Position numbers and translations under genes: made by a program. This document shows positions 25,652-32,663 of a stretch of DNA of 49,230 nucleotides, piece by piece. Source of the DNA: Candidatus Anoxymicrobium japonicum (GTDB lineage Bacteria > Actinomycetota > Geothermincolia > Fen-727 > Anoxymicrobiaceae); assembly GCA_002843005.1 (NCBI GenBank), contig PHEX01000001.1, positions 1 through 49,230 on the forward strand, written 5' to 3'. Within the stretch, counting starts at the first letter, position 1. Each line of letters opens with the position of its first letter. The notes below the pieces were generated by a model. That model was not told the origin of the DNA and made no database searches. It saw only the letters and a program-made list of their open reading frames with translations.

Positions 25652-26929
25652 TTGTCGAAGAAACGGATGGGCGAGGAAGCAAAAACTGAGGCCGCGGTTG
25701 AGGAAACGCTTCAGGGCCTTTCTTTGCGCTTGCGCGAAAAATCTCCCAACGGGCATCGCATCCAGACTTTCGATGACGCGGCGCTTATGGAGAACCTTCA
25801 TCTGACGAACGCCGTCTATGACAGCAACCTGCCGGGGGATGCCACGAGCGAGCGCAAGATCGTGGCGCCGCTGGTCGCCTTCTTCAAGCGCGTTATCAGG
25901 AAGTTGACCGCGTGGTACATCGATCCGGCGATGGATCAGCAGCGCATTTTCAATGCGTCTACAACTCACACGATAAACGAGATGAAGCAGTATCTCGACC
26001 ACATCCAGATAAACGAGGACATTCTTTCTACCATAATGCACCGCGATATCGCGCTCTTCCGCGCGAACGTCCTTTTTCTCAACAGGTATCTGGAGCGGCG
26101 CATGGCGGAGTTCGAGAAGGAGCTCGCGCTGCTACGCGCTCACGAAGCATTGCTTGCGGCGCCCGACGGGGAGGTTGGCGGGAATGGCGCCGCCGCCGCG
26201 AGCGACCCGTTTGCGACTATTGACATCCTGACTCTGGAACAGCGGGTGCACGGCTCACCCAGGAAAGCGAAGGATCGTCTGCGCGCGTACGTCCCTTGCT
26301 TCAAGGGTTGCGAGAACGTCCTCGCCATCGGATGCGGCAGGGGCGAGCTCCTACAGCTCTTCGCGCAGGAAGGCATAAGTGTCAGGGGAACGGAGACTAA
26401 CCCGACCCTCGTTGGCTACTGCAAAGACAACGAGTTGGACGTCCTGATGGCGAATCCGGTCGATTATCTGGAGACGCTCGCGGACGGCTCGCTCGATGGC
26501 ATCATCCTCTCGAGATTCGCCGGGCACGAGCCGCCGGCGCGCCTGGTGAGGATGCTCGTATTGTGCAGAAACAAGCTGGCGAGTGGCGCCCCGCTTGTCA
26601 TAGAGACACCTAATCCGTTCTCGATTTATGTGGTTACTTCATACGCGATGGAGAGTTCCGAGCAGGCTCACCCGCTCCACCCTGAAACACTCAAGCAACT
26701 CTGCATCTCATACGGGTTCACCGAGCCGCAGGTCATGTTCCTCAACCCGCTACCGCCGGAGGAGCATCTCGAGGAGCTCGAGCTGGCGATGAGCGGGGTG
26801 TTGCTCGATACACGCCAGAAGGAGTTTTTTCAAAAGATCAACGAGAACTTCGGCAGGCTCAACCGCATCCTCTTCAGCCACCGCGACTACGCGATTGTGA
26901 CAAATCGTGGCGGCGGGGATGGTACATGA
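25652..26929 (+). CDS. helical N-domain plus class I SAM methyltransferase
   Basis: TTG 25652 (or ATG 25667) follows GAAAGGTGG. KLTAWYIDPAMDQQRIFN box, motif I VLAIGCGRGELLQ, LVIETPNP. Confidence 0.85.
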   Translation: MSKKRMGEEAKTEAAVEETLQGLSLRLREKSPNGHRIQTFDDAALMENLHLTNAVYDSNLPGDATSERKIVAPLVAFFKRVIRKLTAWYIDPAMDQQRIFNASTTHTINEMKQYLDHIQINEDILSTIMHRDIALFRANVLFLNRYLERRMAEFEKELALLRAHEALLAAPDGEVGGNGAAAASDPFATIDILTLEQRVHGSPRKAKDRLRAYVPCFKGCENVLAIGCGRGELLQLFAQEGISVRGTETNPTLVGYCKDNELDVLMANPVDYLETLADGSLDGIILSRFAGHEPPARLVRMLVLCRNKLASGAPLVIETPNPFSIYVVTSYAMESSEQAHPLHPETLKQLCISYGFTEPQVMFLNPLPPEEHLEELELAMSGVLLDTRQKEFFQKINENFGRLNRILFSHRDYAIVTNRGGGDGT

Positions 26930-27909
26930 TGGACGGGTTCAAGTACGAAGATAAAATCGACTTAAGCGATGAAAACCAGACGTACACGAAATCCATCGCG
27001 ATGGTCGGAAGCAACAAGAAAGTCGTAGATTTTGGTTGCGCGACAGGCTTTGTCGCGCGTGTGCTGTCAGAGAGCGGTTGCGCCGTTACGGGCATCGAGA
27101 TAGATCCTCAGGCGGCTGAAGAGGCTGCCAGGTACTGTGACGAAGTAATAGTCGGGAACCTCGATGAGATGGATATAGAGCAGGTTCTCGGCCCCGGGAA
27201 ATATGATGTCGGGTTTTTCGGGGACATCATCGAGCATCTCAAGAACCCGCGCGCGGCGCTCGAGCGCATGCGCGATTTGCTTGCGCCGGGAGGCTACGTC
27301 GTACTGTCCGTGCCGAACATCGCGCACGCAAGCATTCGGCTTGCCATACTGAAGGGCCGGTTCGATTATGAGGACACAGGCATTCTCGACGCGACTCACC
27401 TCAAGTTCTATACGCGAGAGAGCATTGGCGACCTGCTGGAGAGTTGCGGCTACCTGGTGGAGACCATAGACTCAGTTGATCAGAAAGTGGAAAAAGACGC
27501 GCTCCACGAAGCTCTTGACCCGCTGGGACTGGCCAACCTCGAGGAGGTGGTCAAGGCTTTTTCGGAGTGGGAGGCCGTTGCGTTCCAGTACGTGGTGAAG
27601 GCGTCGCCGGCGACCGAGGAGGCTCATATGCAAAGGTTGTCTGATGAGAAAGTGAAGGCGGAGCACAGGCTGAGGGTGCTCGAGCGTGAGGTCGTCGAGT
27701 ACCGCAAAATGGCGGACAACATGAAGAAAATGGAGGCACAGATCGAGAAGATGGAAGCAGAAATGAAAAGAACCAGTGAGTACGCGAAGGCGGAAGTCGA
27801 GAAGTCCGGCAAGTACGCGAAGGGCCTCGAGAAAGCTATCCAGGATAAGGACGCCTACATCGCGCAACTCGAGGAAGCGATGGCAGAGAGCAAGCGGCGG
27901 GCAGGCTGA
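26926..27909 (+). CDS. class I SAM methyltransferase with a C-terminal coiled coil
   Basis: ATGA overlap with the upstream gene. Motif I VVDFGCATGF, GGYVVLSVPN. The last ~100 aa are heptad-rich (RVLEREVVEYRKMADNMKKMEAQIEKMEAEMKR...). Confidence 0.85.
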   Translation: MMDGFKYEDKIDLSDENQTYTKSIAMVGSNKKVVDFGCATGFVARVLSESGCAVTGIEIDPQAAEEAARYCDEVIVGNLDEMDIEQVLGPGKYDVGFFGDIIEHLKNPRAALERMRDLLAPGGYVVLSVPNIAHASIRLAILKGRFDYEDTGILDATHLKFYTRESIGDLLESCGYLVETIDSVDQKVEKDALHEALDPLGLANLEEVVKAFSEWEAVAFQYVVKASPATEEAHMQRLSDEKVKAEHRLRVLEREVVEYRKMADNMKKMEAQIEKMEAEMKRTSEYAKAEVEKSGKYAKGLEKAIQDKDAYIAQLEEAMAESKRRAG

Positions 27910-27960
27910 AACGCAACACAGCGTTGGTGTTGCGTTGGGGTCAGGCCCCTGTGTTGCGTT
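27910..27960 (+). repeat. hairpin with a duplicated 3' arm flanking a GGGGTCAGGC box
   Basis: aacgcaacac (27910-27919) is complementary to gtgttgcgtt at both 27927-27936 and 27951-27960. ggggtcaggcccc lies between them (27937-27949). Confidence 0.55.
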
Positions 27961-27972
27961 TAAGGAAGTTGC

Positions 27973-27998
27973 GGTCTGATCGGGGTTATTTTCGGATC
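27973..27998 (+). repeat. conserved intergenic motif ctgaNc-ggggttattttcg, copy B
   Basis: See 17112-17137. The core at 27982-27994 is identical. Confidence 0.4.
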
Positions 27999-28018
27999 CC
28001 TGGCGAGAGGAACACACC

Positions 28019-29686
28019 TTGACTGAAAAACCCTCGAGGGGACAGAAAGTTGGACGCGTGTGGTCCGAGGACGCCGCCAGGCGCGCCCGGGGCCGCGCCG
28101 AGCCGCGGGTTGACTGGAGTACATCACCAGCCATCCAGAAGATAATCAACAGACGCGTCAGCGGCTCGCCTGACATCGACTGGCTGGAGTGGCTGCTGCA
28201 AAAGTATGTCCCTTCGACACTTTCACTTGGGTTTTCCATCGGATGTGGATCGGGTGTGCTCGAGAGGGATGCGATCTCGCGGGGTATCTGCCAGCGCATG
28301 GTCGGTTGTGACATTGCTGAAGGCGCCATCGAGAAGGCAAAAGAGAACGCGGGCGACCTGGCGATAACCTACGAGTTGTTCGACCTCGAGTCGGGCGCTC
28401 TGCCCAGCGAAAGCTACGACGTAGCGTTCGCGTCCGCGACGCTGCACCACGTCAACAGGCTGGGGCATTGCGCCGAGGAGCTCCACGGGGCGCTCAAGCA
28501 AAGCGGCCTGCTGGTGGTCTCGGAGTTCGTGGGCCCAGCGAGGTTCCAGTGGACGCCCGAGCAGCTTCGTATTGTGACCGACATCTACAGTCTGCTTCCC
28601 TGGCGTTACAGGTTCAACTATCAGTCGGGCGGGACGGTCGCCCATGTGATGCGTCCTCATCTCTGCTCAATGGTAAAGGACGACCCATCGGAGGCGGTTC
28701 GCTCCGCCGACATAGAGAGCGCGCTCGAGCCGTACTTCGAGCTGTTGGAGAGCCGTCCCATAGGAGGGACGATACTGAACCCGCTCCTCGGCGGCATAAT
28801 GGAGAACTTTGACGAGGAGAGCGAGGTTGATCTGGCTTTCCTCAATGCGGTGGCCGCGCTCGAGGACGCGCTGATGGAAAAATGCGCGCTCGAGTCCGAC
28901 TTCAAGATCATGGTGTACAGACGAAGGGAATGCTCATCACCCTCTGAAGCTTACCTGGAGGCTGAACAAGCTCGAGGCGATCGAATATCGGAGCAAGAGC
29001 GGCGGATAGAGCGTCTCCTCGAAGAGACCGGCTTGCTGTCCGTCGAAAACGAGAAGATTGAGGCCGAGCTGGCGCGGGTTCGTGGGTTCGCGGGAGAGGC
29101 CGGTCAGGCTGTCGCTCGGGCTGTCGCGGAGAACGCGCGCCTGAAATCCGGCGTTGTCTTTCGCGTGATACGGGCGCTCAGAGGCTCGGAGGCGGCGCCT
29201 CCCCCTACCGGCCCCCCCGATGCAGAAGGAGGCGTCGAAGAGCTTCAAGTCGACAACAGGAGGGATGTGCCGGCGCCGTTCGGTGAAGGCAGTTTCCTGG
29301 CGAGCGATCTCGCGCGCGCGGCCTTACGCTATGTCGCCGAAGCGCCGGGAGGGAACGATGAAGATATGACCAGGTCGCTGGCCGCTCTTGAGGTCTATGC
29401 TGACGCGGTTCTCGCGAGTAAGGGCATCGTGCCGGCGGCGCGCTCTATTCGAGACATTGCCGTTCTTCAGGATATGGAGATAGACAGGCTCACCAGGGGA
29501 ATCACGGCATTGCGCGAGTACAGCCAGTCTCTCTCGAGAGAAATCGGCTCAGTTTACGCGCAGATGGATGGCGCCAGGCTGGATCGTGAGAGGTTGGCCG
29601 CTGAGAGGGAGGTTCTCCGAAAGCGGGGGCCTCTCATGTACTGGCGGCTCTTCAAGCTGAAGGCGAACTCCTCACACCTCTCTTGA
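28019..29686 (+). CDS. class I SAM methyltransferase with a long C-terminal coiled-coil region (WbdD-like layout)
   Basis: TTG start. Motif I FSIGCGSGV, LLVVSEFVGP. The C-terminal ~270 aa have heptad-like stretches (ISEQERRIERLLEE..., LDRERLAAEREVLRK) and a terminal basic/aromatic segment GPLMYWRLFKLKAN. Confidence 0.8.
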   Translation: MTEKPSRGQKVGRVWSEDAARRARGRAEPRVDWSTSPAIQKIINRRVSGSPDIDWLEWLLQKYVPSTLSLGFSIGCGSGVLERDAISRGICQRMVGCDIAEGAIEKAKENAGDLAITYELFDLESGALPSESYDVAFASATLHHVNRLGHCAEELHGALKQSGLLVVSEFVGPARFQWTPEQLRIVTDIYSLLPWRYRFNYQSGGTVAHVMRPHLCSMVKDDPSEAVRSADIESALEPYFELLESRPIGGTILNPLLGGIMENFDEESEVDLAFLNAVAALEDALMEKCALESDFKIMVYRRRECSSPSEAYLEAEQARGDRISEQERRIERLLEETGLLSVENEKIEAELARVRGFAGEAGQAVARAVAENARLKSGVVFRVIRALRGSEAAPPPTGPPDAEGGVEELQVDNRRDVPAPFGEGSFLASDLARAALRYVAEAPGGNDEDMTRSLAALEVYADAVLASKGIVPAARSIRDIAVLQDMEIDRLTRGITALREYSQSLSREIGSVYAQMDGARLDRERLAAEREVLRKRGPLMYWRLFKLKANSSHLS

Positions 29687-29706
29687 GCCGCGTCTCTAAA
29701 GGCGCG
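29683..29706 (+). repeat. conserved 24-nt box ttgaNccgcgtctctaaaggcgcg, copy 1
   Basis: 19 nt (29688-29706) are identical to 44233-44251, and 23 of 24 match when the ttga prefix is included. The box can form a CCGCG/CGCGG hairpin. Confidence 0.55.
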
Positions 29707-29741
29707 GATCCATCTGGCATGGCCTTGAGAGGTGGAAGCGC

Positions 29742-29771
29742 GGACAGGCACGGCGCGAGGCCTGTTTTTTT
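29742..29771 (+). terminator. candidate intrinsic terminator after the methyltransferase block
   Basis: Stem ACAGGC (29744-29749) pairs with GCCTGT (29760-29765) and is extendable by two G-U pairs. It is followed by a T run to 29771. Located 56 nt after the stop at 29686. Confidence 0.55.
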
Positions 29772-29823
29772 GTATAGTTCCTTTGTATATCATGTGCTGA
29801 AATTCAAGTGTGTGGAGGCATCT

Positions 29824-31227
29824 TTGAGCAAGATTCTTGTGCTCGGGCACGCTCCCTTGCCGTGGGAGGATCTCGCCAAGTCATACGGGCCGGGAACGAG
29901 GACGTGGCAGTTCGCCCTTCCACTGCTTCAAGACGGCCACGACGTCACCGTCCTCGCGTCCCGCATACCGTTCGTTTACCCCGAGAACATCGAGCCGGTC
30001 GAGAAATGCGAGGAGCAGGGATGCACGGTGTACAGGGTCACACAGCCGGAGTTCGAGGTCGGCGGCATCACCGACCGGTTGATGACCGACCTGGATCCGG
30101 ACTGCGTCGTCGCGGCGACCGCTTACCCGTCTTACGTCGGGGCTACGTACGCGGGTGAGCGCCCGCTCTGGGCCGACGTCTTCGGGAGCTACCTTGCCGA
30201 GGCGCAGGCCAAGGCGGCCGTGTACTCCGACGACTCCTTCATCGACCATTTTCAGAGGGTTAACAACCACATCATCTCCATGGCGGATCGCTTCAGCACG
30301 GTCTCCGAGCGCCAGGCTTGTGAGTTGGTTGGACAGCTCGGGGTGAACGGCAGGCTCAACTCCGGGACCCTCGGTTATGACTTCGCGCGCTCAATACCGT
30401 GCGGAGTCGTAGACAGGGAGTTTCCGTCTCCGGCTTACCCGGACGAGAGGCTGGGCCCATTGGATTTCATCGTCCTCTGGAGCGGCGGCTTCAACACCTG
30501 GACAGACGTCCGCACCCTCTTTGAAGGGCTCGAGTTCGCCATGTCGGAGCGAGAGAACATACACTTTGTGTCCACCGGCGCCGAGATCGAGGGTCACAAT
30601 GACAGGACTTACCGGGATTTCGAGCGGATGGTCGCTTCATCCAGGTTCAGAGAGCGTTTTCACCTGCTGGGCTGGGTGAAAAGGAGCGAGGCCCTGTCGT
30701 TCTACGGCACAGCTTCGGTCGGGATCAACATTGACGCCATGCACTACGAGGTGATGTTCGGCAGCAGGAACCGTATTCTGGAGTGGGCGCTCGCCGGGCT
30801 GCCCGCCGTCTCCACCGACCTCTGCGAGCTCACGTCGGAACTGTTCTCAGAGGGCCTGCTGTTCGCTGTCCCGGTCGCCGATCCGCCCGCCCTCGCCGGC
30901 AGGCTCCTCGAGCTGGAGCGTTCCAGGGACAAGCTCATCGGGGTCTCCCGCCGGCTCAAGAGCCACGTCCTCGAGCGCTACTCGTTTGAAAGGACAACGG
31001 TTCCGTTGAGGGAATGGGTCCGGCGCCCGACGCGCGCTCCGGACTTTGCCGACAGGGTCGGCTTGCGGAACGAAGCGCTGGTTGCCGCGCGCCGGGTTTT
31101 CACCCCACCGATAACGCCGGATTCTCCGATTAGAGAGAAGCTTGTGTTTTATCTCAAGAACGAGGGAGTCGCGAGCACTTTGAGGAGGTCGGCCGGACTG
31201 CTCGGGAGGCGGGGCGCCGGGCGATGA
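29824..31227 (+). CDS. GT-B fold glycosyltransferase (GT4-like)
   Basis: TTG 29824 lies 5 nt after GGAGG (29814-29818). The ORF track start at 29683 would read through the terminator. KILVLGHAPLPWED N-terminus and GSRNRILEWALAGLPAVST near the C-terminus. Confidence 0.72.
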   Translation: MSKILVLGHAPLPWEDLAKSYGPGTRTWQFALPLLQDGHDVTVLASRIPFVYPENIEPVEKCEEQGCTVYRVTQPEFEVGGITDRLMTDLDPDCVVAATAYPSYVGATYAGERPLWADVFGSYLAEAQAKAAVYSDDSFIDHFQRVNNHIISMADRFSTVSERQACELVGQLGVNGRLNSGTLGYDFARSIPCGVVDREFPSPAYPDERLGPLDFIVLWSGGFNTWTDVRTLFEGLEFAMSERENIHFVSTGAEIEGHNDRTYRDFERMVASSRFRERFHLLGWVKRSEALSFYGTASVGINIDAMHYEVMFGSRNRILEWALAGLPAVSTDLCELTSELFSEGLLFAVPVADPPALAGRLLELERSRDKLIGVSRRLKSHVLERYSFERTTVPLREWVRRPTRAPDFADRVGLRNEALVAARRVFTPPITPDSPIREKLVFYLKNEGVASTLRRSAGLLGRRGAGR

Positions 31228-31329
31228 GTGTCCGCTTTTGTTGCTCGAGCGCGTATAAACAGCGTGAAGAAGTAAGTTGCCGCATGCTACGCGCACGCTG
31301 CGGATTTCATCCCGGACAGGAGATGATGT

Positions 31330-32523
31330 TTGAAGATAGCGTATTTCAGCCCGCTGAACCCAATAAAATCGGGCGTTTCTGATTACTCGGAAGAGCTCCT
31401 CGAGTACCTTGGCGGCTACGGAAAGATTGACCTGTTCATCGATGATTACCGCCCCTCCAACTCCTGGATATACGAGCAATTCAATGTTTTCAACTACCGG
31501 AGGATATTCGAGAACCACGGCAAGAACGATCACGATGTCAACATTTACCACATCGGAAACAACGACAATCACTCGTACATCTACCAGGTGTGCCTGGAGT
31601 ATCCTGGCATAGTCGTGCTCCACGAACCCATGCTTCACCATTTCATCTTTTCACAAACGATAGGGAATAACCGCGTGCGTGACTACCTGAGAGAGCTTGA
31701 CTACTGCTATAACTCACGGCGAGCCGAGATCATCAAGAGCACGCTCGAGGAGCGCGACGAGAACTCGTGGTACGACTACCCGCTGCTGGACAGGATAGTC
31801 GATTCCAGTCTGGGCGTTATAGTGCACAGCGAGTTCGCGCGCGCCAAAGTGCTGGAGGTAAATCAGTGCGCGCGGGTCAGGAGGATATCGCATCACTGGT
31901 CGCCGCCACCGCCCGACCACATGCGCACTCCGGAGAGGTTGCGCGAGACACTGGGCTTTCGACCGGAAGATTTTCTTGTCGGCTCGATGGGTTACATCAA
32001 CTCGAGCAAGAGGATAGACGCGCTCCTTCGCGTCATAGCGAAGGCTAAAAAGATGGGATACCCCGTGAAGCTTCTTCTCGTCGGGAAGATGCTGTCAGGT
32101 TCGGAGGTGCTCAGGTGGATCGAGGATCTTGATCTGGAAGATGATGTCCTTGTCTCCGGGTTTGTGGACACTATGACGTTTGCCGAGTACCTGAACGTGC
32201 CGGATCTGTTTGTGGCGCTACGCTATCCGAGCGCCGGCGAGACCAGCGGCAGCGTAATAAAAATGATGGGCGCCGGCAAGCCCGTGGTAGTGTCGGACCG
32301 GTACGCGTTCGGCGAGTTCCCCGACGACTGCTGCGTCAAAGTCGCAGCTGGCGAGAATGAAGAGGACGAGCTGCTCGAGAAGCTCGTTTATTACATGGAC
32401 AACCCCGACGAAAGGCTCGCGCTCGGGGAGCGGAGCCAGAGGTATATCCTGAAACATCACGACATCCAGGACGCCGCGCGCGGATATGTCCACTTCGCCA
32501 CGGAGCTGCTGTCGGGCGGTTAG
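31330..32523 (+). CDS. glycosyltransferase family 4 (GT-B)
   Basis: TTG start 7 nt after AGGAG. MKIAYFSPLNPIKSGVSDYSEELL N-terminus and AGETSGSVIKMMGAGKPVVVSD. Confidence 0.86.
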   Translation: MKIAYFSPLNPIKSGVSDYSEELLEYLGGYGKIDLFIDDYRPSNSWIYEQFNVFNYRRIFENHGKNDHDVNIYHIGNNDNHSYIYQVCLEYPGIVVLHEPMLHHFIFSQTIGNNRVRDYLRELDYCYNSRRAEIIKSTLEERDENSWYDYPLLDRIVDSSLGVIVHSEFARAKVLEVNQCARVRRISHHWSPPPPDHMRTPERLRETLGFRPEDFLVGSMGYINSSKRIDALLRVIAKAKKMGYPVKLLLVGKMLSGSEVLRWIEDLDLEDDVLVSGFVDTMTFAEYLNVPDLFVALRYPSAGETSGSVIKMMGAGKPVVVSDRYAFGEFPDDCCVKVAAGENEEDELLEKLVYYMDNPDERLALGERSQRYILKHHDIQDAARGYVHFATELLSGG

Positions 32524-32663
32524 GGCGCATGCTCGCCCACCATCTTTGCATATGCGGTAACATTACCGAATAGTTCAAAGGAGTTGTCGGTTCCAAAAGC
32601 AAATAAATACTTACACAAAAATATCTATCGTAAGTGGAGCTGAAACGAGACCGGAGGGGGCTG

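Noticed and set aside
29683-29823. Shared peptide M(S/N)RVSKGA at the ORF-track starts of 29683 and 44228, considered as a conserved N-terminal extension
   Set aside because: The similarity stops after the 24-nt box. The 29683 reading frame runs through a hairpin plus T-run terminator. Both genes have strong SD sequences before downstream starts (29824, 44387) that give canonical GT N-termini. I treat this as a DNA/RNA-level motif.
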